A stretch of 57,643 bases of DNA from Burkholderiaceae bacterium (lineage in GTDB: Bacteria; Pseudomonadota; Gammaproteobacteria; Burkholderiales; Burkholderiaceae_E), in contig JAHDYE010000002.1 in the NCBI GenBank assembly GCA_023383035.1, positions 1 through 57,643 on the forward strand, written 5' to 3'. Positions 1 through 9,257 of this stretch are shown in pieces (position 1 is the stretch's first letter; each line of letters starts with the position of its first letter). The position numbers and the translations under genes were made by a program. Under the pieces are notes generated by a model that had not been told where the DNA came from, did not search any database, and worked only from the letters and a program-made list of their open reading frames with translations.

Positions 1-375
1 CAGCGGCGCCAGCGCGAAGTTCGCGTTCGATCCCCACGGCGGCAGGATCAGGTCCACCTTGTCGCTGCCCATCAGCTTTTCGTAGGTGCGGATGCAGGTC
101 TCGATCTCGCTGCGGTCGTCGAAGCCGATCAGCTCGATCCTGCGCCGCACGCCCTTCACGTCGAGCCCGCCGGCGGCGTTCTGCTGCTCGGCCCACATCA
201 GGAAGTTGGGCTCCTGGCTGACCTGCGCGCCGCCCGACCACGGACCGGTGCGGGCGATCGCGTAGCCGACCCGCACCGGCCCCGGCTGGGACAGGGCGGG
301 CATCGCGAGGCCGGCGGCGGCGATGCCGACGGCCTGGATCGCACTGCGTCGTGCGGCGGATACGGGCGTGTTCAT
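1..375 (-). CDS. ABC transporter substrate-binding protein, branched-chain amino acid/aromatic-acid type, N-terminal part (runs off the window edge)
   Basis: Not in ORF track. Manual translation from ATG at 375 (AGGAG RBS about 7 nt upstream): MNTPVSAARRSAIQAVGIAAAGLAMPALSQPGPVRVGYAIARTGPWSGGAQVSQEPNFLMWAEQQNAAGGL...FDDRSE...EKLMGSDKVDLILPPWGS. Tat-like RR signal followed by LivJ-type motifs. Confidence 0.85.
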   Translation of the reverse strand, partial: MNTPVSAARRSAIQAVGIAAAGLAMPALSQPGPVRVGYAIARTGPWSGGAQVSQEPNFLMWAEQQNAAGGLDVKGVRRRIELIGFDDRSEIETCIRTYEKLMGSDKVDLILPPWGSNANFALAPL

Positions 376-562
376 GGGGTGTCTCCTGTGGGCGCTGGTG
401 GACGGTCGATGGCCGCCCATCCATGATAAAAAGGGCATATCGAAGCGCTTCACCGGTCGTGCACGCGTGCTTGACGAATCGTGCAGAGACGACCCGGTAG
501 TTACCCTGAAGTGCGCTGCAACAACGCGACGCCGGCCGCGGCGCAACCGTAGGAGACCGTCC

Positions 563-1534
563 ATGCCAGCCTTCGTGCCGACGATGAGCACCGACCAGGT
601 CTGCGCGCGCGACCGTGTGCCGTACTGGTCGGAGTGGATCCACCGGCTGTTCTACGGCCTGCGCTCGGACCTGTACGGCGACACCGAGTTCGACGGCCAC
701 ATGGCCACCGAAGACGCCGGCGACGTGGTCCTGACCCGCCTGGAGGCCGACCGCCACCGCGTGATCAAGAGCGACGGCCTGGTGCGCGCCAGCGAGGTCG
801 GCTACATGAAGATCGTGGCGCCCTATCGCGGCACCGCCGGTGTCGAGCAGCGCGGGCGCCAGGCATGGGTGTCGCCGGGCGAGTGGAGTCTGTACGACAC
901 CACCGACAGCTACCAGGTCGCCAACCCGGGCCGCGTGGAGCACCTGATCGTCATGGTGCCCAAGGCGCTGCTGGCCGAGCGCGGGCTGCCGCTCGATTCG
1001 CTGACCGCGCGACGGCTGGGCGCGGGCGGCGGCGTCGCCCGGCTGGCGCTGCAGACCATGCGCAATGCCTGGCAGGAGCTACCGGCGATCACGCCCGACG
1101 CGGCGCGCGGCGTGGGCGAGACCATCGCGCAGCTGGTGCGCCTGTCGCTGCTCGAGCTGGCCGGTCGCGAGAACGCGCTCACGCGGCGCGAGATGCTGCG
1201 CCACCGGATCAAGGAGCTGGTGCTGCGCCGGCTGGGCGATCCCGATCTCAGCGTCGACGCGATCGCGTTGGCGCTCAACTGCAGCCGCCGCCAGCTCTAC
1301 AACGCGTTCGACGAGGAGCCCGACGGCGTGGCCGGCTACATCCTCGCGCAGCGACTCGAGGCGTGCCGGCGCGATTTCGAGGATCGCTGCCAGGACGGCC
1401 TGTCGATCACCGCGATCGCGATGCGCCGCGGCTTCAACCATCCGGCGCATTTCAGCCGCGCCTTCAAGACGCGCTTCGGCATGACGCCGAGCGAGTGGCG
1501 TGCGCGCGATCCTGCGTTCGCGGCACCGCCCTGA
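563..1534 (+). CDS. AraC family transcriptional regulator (FeaR-like N-terminal domain)
   Basis: C-terminal double HTH ([18 protein letters not shown]; [32 protein letters not shown]). Start moved to ATG 563 behind AGGAG. Confidence 0.9.
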   Translation: MPAFVPTMSTDQVCARDRVPYWSEWIHRLFYGLRSDLYGDTEFDGHMATEDAGDVVLTRLEADRHRVIKSDGLVRASEVGYMKIVAPYRGTAGVEQRGRQAWVSPGEWSLYDTTDSYQVANPGRVEHLIVMVPKALLAERGLPLDSLTARRLGAGGGVARLALQTMRNAWQELPAITPDAARGVGETIAQLVRLSLLELAGRENALTRREMLRHRIKELVLRRLGDPDLSVDAIALALNCSRRQLYNAFDEEPDGVAGYILAQRLEACRRDFEDRCQDGLSITAIAMRRGFNHPAHFSRAFKTRFGMTPSEWRARDPAFAAPP

Positions 1535-1538
1535 GACC

Positions 1539-3074
1539 GTGCCGCTCGCTGCCTCGAACCGAACCGACGCCTGCGCGCCGCCTGCCGCCACGGATACCGC
1601 GCCGCTGCGCGCGCTCGCCGAGCAGGCGTTCTCGCGTACCGCCGGCGCGCCGCTGATCGGCGGCAACGCGATCCGCCTGCTGCGCGACGCCGAGGAGAAC
1701 TATCCGGCCTGGCTGGAGGCGATCGGTACGGCCGAACGCTCGGTGCTGTTCGAGAACTACATCGTCCACGACGACGCAATCGGCAGCCAGTTCGCCGACG
1801 CGCTGATCGCACGGGCGCGCCAGGGCGTGCGCGTGCGGCTCGTCTACGACTGGCTCGGCTGCCTGCGCACCGCTTCGCGCGGCTACTGGGCGCGCCTGCG
1901 CGAAGCCGGCGTCGAGGTGCGCGCGTTCAATCCGCCGCGCTGGGAGAGTCCGCTGGGCTGGCTCAGCCGCAACCACCGCAAGTCGCTCAGCGTGGACGAC
2001 CGGGTCGCCTACGTGAGCGGGCTGTGCATCGGACAGGTGTGGGCGGGCGATCCCCGCCGCGGCACCGGCGCGTGGCGCGACACCGGCGTCGAAGTACGCG
2101 GCCCGGCGGTGGCCGACGTGGTCCACGCGTTCGCGCGCGCCTGGGCGGAAACCGGCTCGCCGATTCCCGCCGACGAACTGCCCCGGCGCGAGGCGATCGC
2201 GTCGGCCGGCGAAGCGGCGCTGCGCGTGCTGGCGACCATGCCGTCGGTGGCCGGCCTGTACCGCCTCGACCAGATGATCGCGGCGCTGGCGCGCGAAACC
2301 CTGTGGCTCACCGATGCCTACTTCGTCGGCACGTCGAGCTACGTGCAGGCGCTCAGGCAGGCCGCGATGGACGGCGTGGACGTGCGCCTGCTGGTGCCGG
2401 GCGCGAGCGACATCCCGCTGTTGTCGCCGGTCTCGCGCGGCGGCTACCGGTCGCTGCTCGAGGCGGGGGTGCGCGTCTACGAGTGGAACGGCCCGATGCT
2501 GCACGCCAAGTCGGCGGTGGCCGACGGCCGCTGGGCGCGCGTCGGATCGAGCAACCTGAACATCGCCAGCTGGATGGGCAACTGGGAGCTCGACGTCGCC
2601 GCCGAGGACGAAGCCTTTGCCGAGGAGATGGAGGAGACCTATCTGGCCGATCTCGACGGCGCCACCGAGATCGTGCTGGTCGCGCACAACCGCGTGCGCC
2701 GCGTGGACGCGGCGTCGCGGCGCGGACTGCGCCGGCGCGCGGCCGGCAGCGGCGCGCCGCGCCAGCGCCGCGCCAGCGGCAGCGCCGGCCAGCTGGCGGC
2801 CGGTGCGATCCGCGTCGGCAACACCTTCGGCGCGGTGATCGCCAACCGCCGCGTGCTCGGCTCGGCCGAGGCCAAGACGATGGCGACGGCCGGTGCGCTG
2901 CTGGGCGTGGTGGCGCTGGTGGCCGTGCTCTGGCCGCGGCTGCTCGCCTGGCCGCTCGCGGTGCTGGCCGGCTGGAGCGCGCTGGCGCTGCTGGTGGGGG
3001 CGCACCGGCTGCATCGCAAGGGCGAGTCGGCAGAGCCGGGGCAGGGGCCGCCGCAGGGGCCGGCGGGGAGGTGA
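1539..3074 (+). CDS. Cardiolipin synthase-like phospholipase D
   Basis: Two HKD motifs ([18 protein letters not shown]...GSSNLN), WRDT motif, C-terminal hydrophobic helices. Start uncertain (GTG 1539 vs 1500). Confidence 0.85.
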   Translation: MPLAASNRTDACAPPAATDTAPLRALAEQAFSRTAGAPLIGGNAIRLLRDAEENYPAWLEAIGTAERSVLFENYIVHDDAIGSQFADALIARARQGVRVRLVYDWLGCLRTASRGYWARLREAGVEVRAFNPPRWESPLGWLSRNHRKSLSVDDRVAYVSGLCIGQVWAGDPRRGTGAWRDTGVEVRGPAVADVVHAFARAWAETGSPIPADELPRREAIASAGEAALRVLATMPSVAGLYRLDQMIAALARETLWLTDAYFVGTSSYVQALRQAAMDGVDVRLLVPGASDIPLLSPVSRGGYRSLLEAGVRVYEWNGPMLHAKSAVADGRWARVGSSNLNIASWMGNWELDVAAEDEAFAEEMEETYLADLDGATEIVLVAHNRVRRVDAASRRGLRRRAAGSGAPRQRRASGSAGQLAAGAIRVGNTFGAVIANRRVLGSAEAKTMATAGALLGVVALVAVLWPRLLAWPLAVLAGWSALALLVGAHRLHRKGESAEPGQGPPQGPAGR

Positions 3075-3143
3075 TCGCCGGGGCGGCGTGGCGCCATGTC
3101 ACCAATGCGAAGGATCGCCGGACGGCAGGAATGACCTCACGTG

Positions 3144-3674
3144 TCATGCCAACGGATCGGCGCGAGGACCCGAAATCGGCCGCCCGCCGCGTTTCGATGC
3201 CGCCCGTGTCTTGTCCGCCTGTAGCGGATCGTAGATGCGAACCAGCAGCGAGATCAGCAGTCTGCGCTCGGCGTCGCTCAGCATGGATGTCGCCTCGATT
3301 TCCGCCCTGGTTACGTCTCGCTCCATACGCGTCACCAGCCGTCGCCCGGCTGCCGTCAAGTGGAGCCCGAGCGCGCGACCGTCGTTCGGGTCGGGGTGAC
3401 GCTCGATGAGACCGCGCGCTTCGAACGCAGCAACCAGCGCGACGAGGTTGGGTGGTCGTACCCCGAGCACATTGCAGATCTGCCGGCTGCTCGAGCCGGG
3501 GTTGTGCAGCAGCAGGGCGAGCACCGAATACGACGCCGGACGCAGATCGTGTTCTGCCATGTACGGCATCGAACGTTCGGCGATCGCGAGGTATGCGCGT
3601 CGGCAGTTGTAGCCGACGAGCCGCTGCAGTGCCTGCTGATCGACCTGCCGCGCGGAGTCTCGTGCGCTGGTCAT
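3144..3674 (-). CDS. MarR family repressor (CouR-like), paralog 1
   Basis: LVGYNCRRAY helix, winged HTH GLIERHPDPNDGRALGLHLTAAG. Start set at ATG 3674, just after the thioesterase stop. Confidence 0.9.
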   Translation of the reverse strand: MTSARDSARQVDQQALQRLVGYNCRRAYLAIAERSMPYMAEHDLRPASYSVLALLLHNPGSSSRQICNVLGVRPPNLVALVAAFEARGLIERHPDPNDGRALGLHLTAAGRRLVTRMERDVTRAEIEATSMLSDAERRLLISLLVRIYDPLQADKTRAASKRGGRPISGPRADPLA

Positions 3675-3678
3675 GCTG

Positions 3679-4098
3679 TCAATCGCAGAGCTTGCGGATA
3701 TCTTCCGGAATCGGGATCGCACGAATCCGCTTCGGGTCGTGAAGTTCCCTCACGCAGAAGACCCGGGTTTCGTGACTCTCGCATATCAGGTCTTCGCCGC
3801 GAAAGATGGTATGGCGCTGAACGAAGGCCTTTGAACCCCACTCAATGGCTTCGGTGCGGATCTCGATCGTTTCGCCATAGGTTGCGCTCCTGAGGAATCG
3901 GGTCCGGTGCTCGAGCAGGGGGGTACCAATGATGCCGTTGATCCGCTCGAGCTCGTGCCAGGGCGGCACGCCGCAGGTCATGAAGAAATGCAGCGACGCC
4001 GCGTCCATCCATCGATGGTAGCGCGGGAAGAAGACGATTCCAGCAGGATCGCAGTCGCCGAACCGGATCTGGACTTCGAGAAGGGTTCTCCGGCTCAT
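3679..4098 (-). CDS. Acyl-CoA thioesterase (4-HBT/YbgC hot-dog family)
   Basis: RFGDCDPAGIVFFPRY motif, 139 aa. Confidence 0.9.
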   Translation of the reverse strand: MSRRTLLEVQIRFGDCDPAGIVFFPRYHRWMDAASLHFFMTCGVPPWHELERINGIIGTPLLEHRTRFLRSATYGETIEIRTEAIEWGSKAFVQRHTIFRGEDLICESHETRVFCVRELHDPKRIRAIPIPEDIRKLCD

Positions 4099-4162
4099 GC
4101 CGGGGGCCGGGGCGGAACCTGGGCTGCGACAAAGAGTGCAGCCGGGAGCTGGCGCACTCGTC

Positions 4163-5407
4163 TCATTGCGGGTTCTCCACGAGCAATGCGATCCCCTGGC
4201 CGCCTCCGATGCATGCCGATGCGATACCGTAGCGCAAGCCGCGTCGCGCGATTTCGCGCGCTACCGTGATCGTCAGGCGCACGCCGGTTGCGGCGAGTGG
4301 ATGACCGAGTGCGATGGCCCCGCCATTCGGATTCAGACGCTCGCGGTCCAGGCCCAGTTCGCGCTCGACCGCGACGATCTGGGCTCCCTGCGCTTCGTTG
4401 ATCTCGAAGCGACCAATGTCATCGAGCGACAGACCGGCGCGAGACAGCAGCAACCGGATCGCGGGCGCGGGCCCGATCCCCATGATCTCCGGCGGCACGC
4501 CGACGACCGCGCCCGCGAGAAGGCGCGCCAACGGCTTCGCTTCGCGGCCGCGCACATAGGCGCCCCGGGCCACCACGGCGGCGGCAGCGCCGTCGACCAG
4601 TGCCGAGCTGTTTCCGCCGGTCTGCACACCGCCGGGAAAGACCGTGCGGAGTTTCGCCAGCACGTCGGCCGGCGAGAGGCGCGGATGCGTGTCCTTGTCC
4701 ACCGAGCCGATCTTGCCCGGTAGCCGGATGCCGCGGGTCTCGTAGCCGTCGAGCGTGAAATGCTCGCTGATCACCGGAACGATCTCGCCACCCAGAAAGC
4801 CATCGGCCTGCGCCGCCACTGCGCCTGCGAACGAACGCTCGGCGAACTGGTCGACTTCGGTGCGTCCGATTCCGTAGCGCCTGGCGAGATTCTCTGCCGT
4901 GCCGATCATCGAGACCTTGGCCGCCGGATCGTTCAGTGCCTCCCACATGTAGTCGCGGAAATCGACCGGTGCGCCGAGCTTGAACCCGGTGCGATGGGCG
5001 AACGACGCGATCGGATTGCGCGTCATCGACTCTGTGCCGACCACGAGCGCAGCATCCGCGTAGCCGGCCGCCAGGTGGTCTGCGGCGGTGCGGAACAATT
5101 CGAACCCCGTTCCGCAGATGCGCTGCACCATCAGTGCAGGTACTTCCATTGGAACGCCGGCGTACAGGGCGACGTGCCTGGGCAGGAAGAACTGGTCGAA
5201 ATCTCCAGGCGCCATGTTGCCGGCGATGACCGACCCGATGTCGCTCGCGGGCACGCCGGTGCGCTCGAGGATTGCGCGCGCCACCTTGATTCCGAGGTCA
5301 GTCGGCGAAAGCTCGCCGAGTGCGCCGCAGTAATCGACGAACGGCGTACGTACGCCGTCCAGGATCCAGATATCGTCGAACGCGGAGAACAGGCCTCGGG
5401 GCATCAT
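4163..5407 (-). CDS. Beta-ketoacyl-CoA thiolase (resembles the ferulate-cluster Aat type)
   Basis: RTPF, QRICGTG (catalytic Cys), EINEAQ, GHPLAATG, ACIGGGQG. Real gene is the 3' part of ORF 4163..6598; start could also be 5404 or 5467. Confidence 0.9.
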   Translation of the reverse strand: MMPRGLFSAFDDIWILDGVRTPFVDYCGALGELSPTDLGIKVARAILERTGVPASDIGSVIAGNMAPGDFDQFFLPRHVALYAGVPMEVPALMVQRICGTGFELFRTAADHLAAGYADAALVVGTESMTRNPIASFAHRTGFKLGAPVDFRDYMWEALNDPAAKVSMIGTAENLARRYGIGRTEVDQFAERSFAGAVAAQADGFLGGEIVPVISEHFTLDGYETRGIRLPGKIGSVDKDTHPRLSPADVLAKLRTVFPGGVQTGGNSSALVDGAAAAVVARGAYVRGREAKPLARLLAGAVVGVPPEIMGIGPAPAIRLLLSRAGLSLDDIGRFEINEAQGAQIVAVERELGLDRERLNPNGGAIALGHPLAATGVRLTITVAREIARRGLRYGIASACIGGGQGIALLVENPQ

Positions 5408-5470
5408 CGTCTGGCTTCCGGTGTGGTCGGATTCGCGCGCGGCGGCGACGCGGGGTGCTGCCGCCATATA

Positions 5471-5485
5471 GTTAACAAGTATAAT
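5471..5485. promoter_or_regulatory. Degenerate copy of the cluster operator (GTTAAC-AAG-TATAAT) upstream of the thiolase
   Basis: AT-rich patch in GC-rich DNA, same 6-3-6 geometry and CAAT flank as the better copies. Confidence 0.4.
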
Positions 5486-7239
5486 CAATCCGGCGCGGCG
5501 GGTAAACGTGCGTCGCGGTTCGCCGCGCGCTGCCAGAAACGTTCGCCATCGGGCAGGAGCCATTCCGCGCCAAAGCGCGCCGATTCGAGCCGGCGGGCGG
5601 ACGCAGCGCCGTGGCTGTTCCGGGCGGCGAGGGCCAGCCGCGCCCATGCCCATGCCAGCAGCGTGTAGCCGATTCCCATCAGGAAGTCGTCGGCCACCCG
5701 CAGCGGCCACTCCGGGTCGTCGTTCGGAGAGCCCATGAGTTTCACGATCGTGTTCCGGGCCGCATCGCAGTGCCGTTCGAACGCCGTCGCATGCAACGAG
5801 AGATCCGGATCCGTCGCGCACGGGCCGATATCGCGGGCAAGTGCGTCGAGCAGTTCGTTCAGCCCTGCTCCCCCGTCGCCGATCGTCTTGCGCATCACCA
5901 GGTCGATCGCCTGGATCTCGTTGGTGCCTTCGTAGATCATCGCGATACGCGCGTCGCGAACGCACTGTTCGATGCCGTACTCGTGCACGTAGCCGTACCC
6001 GCCCCAAACCTGCAGCGCTGCGCTCGCCCCGTGGAAGCCGTGATGGGTCAGAAAGGCCTTCACGACCGGTGTGAGCAGCGCCGCGAACCTCGCGGCCTGC
6101 TCCCGCCTGGCCTGATCCTGGTGATGATCCGCTTCGTCGAGTTGCATGGCACACCAGTAGGCGATGATTCGCAGGCCCTGCGATAGCGCGGTCAGGCCGA
6201 GCAGCGTCCGGCGCATCGCCGGATGCCAGGCGATCGGATCGGCCGGGGCCGGCGGCATTCCGTCGGGGCGTCTGGCCGCGCGCATCTGCAGGCGTTCGCG
6301 CGCGTAGCGGGCCGCGTTCTGGCTCGCCATCTCGGCGTGGCCCAGACCCTGCAGGCCGACGTGCAGGCGCGCCGCGTTCATCATCAGAAACATCGCGGCA
6401 AGTCCACGATTCGGCTCGCCGATGAGCCAGCCCGTCGCGCCGTCGTAGTGCATGACGCAGGTGGCGCTGCCGTGAATGCCCATCTTCCGCTCGAGGCCTT
6501 CGCAGCGCATTGCATTGCGCGTTCCGTCCGGCAGGTGCTTCGGCACGAGCGCCAGGGAAAGACCCCGGGTTCCCGCCGGTGCGTCGGGCAGGCGGCACAG
6601 CACCAGATGAACGAGGTTTTCGGTCAGGTCATGATCGCCGCCCGAAATGAAGATCTTCGTTCCGTGCACGCGCAACGTGCCGTCGTCCTGCGGATGTGCG
6701 CTCGTCCGTACCAGGCCGAGGTCGCTTCCTGCCTGCGGCTCGGTGAGCGCCATCGCGGCCAGCCACTCGCCATTGACGATGCGTGGCAGATAACGCTCCC
6801 GCAGTTCCGGTGCGGCGTGGCCCTTCAGCGTCCGGTAGGCGCCGTGCAACAGGCCCGGATACATCGACCAGGCATGATTGGCCGACAGCAGCATCTCGTA
6901 CAGCGCGGCGTCCAGCAGTTTGGGAAGTCCCTGTCCACCGTCGTCGGCATCGCAGGCAAGTGCGGGCCACCCGCCTTCGACGAAAACGCGATAGGCCTCG
7001 CGATACCCGGGCGGTGTACGGACCTCTCCATTCTCGAGCCGACAGCCATGCAGGTCTCCCGATGCATTGGTCGGTGCGAGCACCTGTGCGGCGAACCGGC
7101 CGGCCTGCTCCAGAACCTCTCGCGCCGTAGCGGCGTCGACTTCGGAAAAATCGGGGCACTGCGACCACGAGCCTGGTGCATCGAGCACCTCTTCGATGAT
7201 GAACCGCATGTCGTCGAGGGGAGGTTCGTAGTGCCACAT
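5485..7239 (-). CDS. Acyl-CoA dehydrogenase (long, 584 aa type)
   Basis: MALTEPQAGSDLG, GTKIFISGG, KMGIHGSATC, GGYGY, IYEGTNEIQ. Confidence 0.93.
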   Translation of the reverse strand: MWHYEPPLDDMRFIIEEVLDAPGSWSQCPDFSEVDAATAREVLEQAGRFAAQVLAPTNASGDLHGCRLENGEVRTPPGYREAYRVFVEGGWPALACDADDGGQGLPKLLDAALYEMLLSANHAWSMYPGLLHGAYRTLKGHAAPELRERYLPRIVNGEWLAAMALTEPQAGSDLGLVRTSAHPQDDGTLRVHGTKIFISGGDHDLTENLVHLVLCRLPDAPAGTRGLSLALVPKHLPDGTRNAMRCEGLERKMGIHGSATCVMHYDGATGWLIGEPNRGLAAMFLMMNAARLHVGLQGLGHAEMASQNAARYARERLQMRAARRPDGMPPAPADPIAWHPAMRRTLLGLTALSQGLRIIAYWCAMQLDEADHHQDQARREQAARFAALLTPVVKAFLTHHGFHGASAALQVWGGYGYVHEYGIEQCVRDARIAMIYEGTNEIQAIDLVMRKTIGDGGAGLNELLDALARDIGPCATDPDLSLHATAFERHCDAARNTIVKLMGSPNDDPEWPLRVADDFLMGIGYTLLAWAWARLALAARNSHGAASARRLESARFGAEWLLPDGERFWQRAANRDARLPAAPD

Positions 7240-7305
7240 CGCATCGCTCCAGGAAAAAGTGAGAGTGAGCGTGATGCGGCGCTCAGCCGCATTGCCCAGG
7301 CGGCA

Positions 7306-8667
7306 TCATAGCCGCCGCAATTGCCGCTTCATCATCCGCAGGGCGATCGCGGGTTCGGATCGTGCGAGCAATCCCATCGCGAACATGACGTAGGCGTGAT
7401 CGAGGTACAGGTCCGCCGAATCCGGCTTCAGGAACCGGCGGTCTCCGCTACCCGCGAGCACACCGCGCAGAGCGCCTGCAGGATCGCCGCAGTGGATGAT
7501 CGGGCCGCCTGTGCCGACCGCGGCACCCACCCGGGTGAGATCCTTGCCTTTCTGTACCAGCATCTCTCCATGCGGTCCGAAGACCCTCTCGACGTGGCCG
7601 ACGTGGCGCTCGAACGAACTCTGTACCGCAACACGGGCGAGTTCGGCGTCGACCGCTCGTTCGACATCGTCTTGCGGCAGCCTCTCCTTGTCAGACCGGA
7701 ATGCGGCGACGATCCGGTCGTCGATCTCCCGCCCCTGCGTCCTGCAGAGTTCAGCCAGCGCGTCGATGTTGTGCCGTACGCCGAGATCGCCCTCGACGGT
7801 CCGCTTGGCGAACGGCTCCGGAAGACCGCGGACCGTCACCGCTGGATTCACTGGCGTGCCCCGCGCAATGGAGTAGACGTCGGTCGTCGCGCCGCCGACG
7901 TCCACGACGACGATGTCGCCCAGCCCTGCCTCGCCGCTGCATCCGCTGCCAAGCAAGTGCGCGGCGGTCAGCACCGCCGCCGGCGTTGCCATGACGATCC
8001 CTCCGATCAACTGCATGGCTTCGTCGAGGCCTTTCGCACGCACGATGTTCTCGATGAACAGGTCGCGGATTGCCATGCGACAGTCGTCGACCTCGAGCGT
8101 TCCGACCGTGGGCATCACGTTCGCGACCAGCCGGTACGTGACGCCCGCATCGACGAAGACGGCTTCGATTTCATCATGGGTGCATCGGTTTCCAGCCACG
8201 ACGACGGGTGCTTTGCCACCGCCTCGCGCGAGCATCCGGGCATTGTGGACGATCGTCGACTCGTTTCCGCCGTCGGTGCCGCCGGCCAGCAGCACCATGT
8301 CGGGTTTCATGTCCGCGATCGCGGCGATCTCGCGCGATCCGAGCCGGTGGCTGAAGTGACCGACGATCTTCGCCCCTGCGCCCAGTGCCGCCCTGCGCGC
8401 GGCTTCCGCGCTGAGTTCCGGTACCAGGCCGACAGACACCATGCGCAAGCCGCCGGCAGCACTGCTGCATGCGATGACGTTGCTTCCGTCGATCCTTCCC
8501 ACGACCGGTTCCAGTGACCGGAGCACCCTGCCGATGCCGATTCTGACGTCGGTATCTGCGGTCGTCGGAGCGCGAGTCGCAGCGATGATCGTTTCACGTT
8601 CGAGGTCGACGGCAACGGCCTTGGTATAGGTGCTTCCGATGTCGATCAGGATGCTGGCCGGATGCAT
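7306..8667 (-). CDS. glmL: Glutamate/methylaspartate mutase accessory (reactivating) protein GlmL/MutL-type
   Basis: IDIGSTYTK, ACSSAAGGLRM, AALGAGAK, LLAGGTDGGN, DVGGATTDVYS, RTVEGDLG are characteristic GlmL ASKHA-fold motifs; divergent from glmS. Confidence 0.88.
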   Translation of the reverse strand: MHPASILIDIGSTYTKAVAVDLERETIIAATRAPTTADTDVRIGIGRVLRSLEPVVGRIDGSNVIACSSAAGGLRMVSVGLVPELSAEAARRAALGAGAKIVGHFSHRLGSREIAAIADMKPDMVLLAGGTDGGNESTIVHNARMLARGGGKAPVVVAGNRCTHDEIEAVFVDAGVTYRLVANVMPTVGTLEVDDCRMAIRDLFIENIVRAKGLDEAMQLIGGIVMATPAAVLTAAHLLGSGCSGEAGLGDIVVVDVGGATTDVYSIARGTPVNPAVTVRGLPEPFAKRTVEGDLGVRHNIDALAELCRTQGREIDDRIVAAFRSDKERLPQDDVERAVDAELARVAVQSSFERHVGHVERVFGPHGEMLVQKGKDLTRVGAAVGTGGPIIHCGDPAGALRGVLAGSGDRRFLKPDSADLYLDHAYVMFAMGLLARSEPAIALRMMKRQLRRL

Positions 8668-8705
8668 TCAATGCCCTTGCGATCAATCCGCTTCCATTCT
8701 TTTGG

Positions 8706-8720
8706 ATTATGTATCATAAT
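8706..8720. promoter_or_regulatory. Perfect palindromic operator ATTATG-TAT-CATAAT in the glmL/glmS divergent promoter region
   Basis: Seen directly; right half resembles a -10 box; motif recurs at 28369, 33078, 42459, 42557. Confidence 0.8.
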
Positions 8721-8828
8721 TAATTTACTGGACATGGTTTGATCGCCTTTCCACCGCAAAGTGGCGTCATGGGCAGACATCACGTAGCGGGGCGTCGAGG
8801 GCGCCGATCGATCGACTGGAGCGTCACG

Positions 8829-9251
8829 GTGAAGAAGTGGACGGTAATCACGGGGACGGTGGGTGGTGATGCCCATGTCATCGGTACGAAGATCCTGTCG
8901 CGCGCGCTGCGCGAGGCGGGCTTCGACGTGGTCGAGTTGGGAATCCTGACGCCCCCCGAGGAGTTCATCAGGGCGGCCGTCGAGACCAACGCCGACGCGA
9001 TCCTCATGAGTTCGCTGTACGGCATGGCCGAGCTCGACGTACGGGGTTTCAAGGAAAAATGCGTCGAATCGGGTCTCGAGGACGTACTGCTGTACATCGG
9101 CGGCATTCTCGGCGTCGGACGGCACGATTTCAGCGAAGACGAAGAGAAGTTCAAGCGGCTTGGCTTCGATCGCGTCTATCCCCCCGAAACCGACCTGCAG
9201 TCGGCGATTCGCGATCTGCGCAACGACTTGACGTCCAGGGCGAAGGTCTGA
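8829..9251 (+). CDS. glmS: Glutamate-mutase-type cobalamin-binding (sigma/S) subunit
   Basis: DAHVIG (DxHxxG), ADAILMSSLYG, LYIGG, GFDRVYPP. GTG 8829 follows a GGAG RBS. Confidence 0.9.
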   Translation: MKKWTVITGTVGGDAHVIGTKILSRALREAGFDVVELGILTPPEEFIRAAVETNADAILMSSLYGMAELDVRGFKEKCVESGLEDVLLYIGGILGVGRHDFSEDEEKFKRLGFDRVYPPETDLQSAIRDLRNDLTSRAKV

Positions 9252-9257
9252 GCCGCG

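Noticed and set aside
457-485. TCGTGCA direct repeat (22-nt spacing) as an AraC/FeaR binding site
   Set aside because: Plausible location, but only 7 bp in two copies; too weak to call.
5408-6598. Long N-terminal extensions in the ORF track (4163..6598, 9773.., 13669.., 18048.., 39760..42000) as fusion proteins
   Set aside because: The extensions are Arg/Pro/Gly-rich shadow frames overlapping real genes; internal starts, most with RBSs, explain the real proteins.
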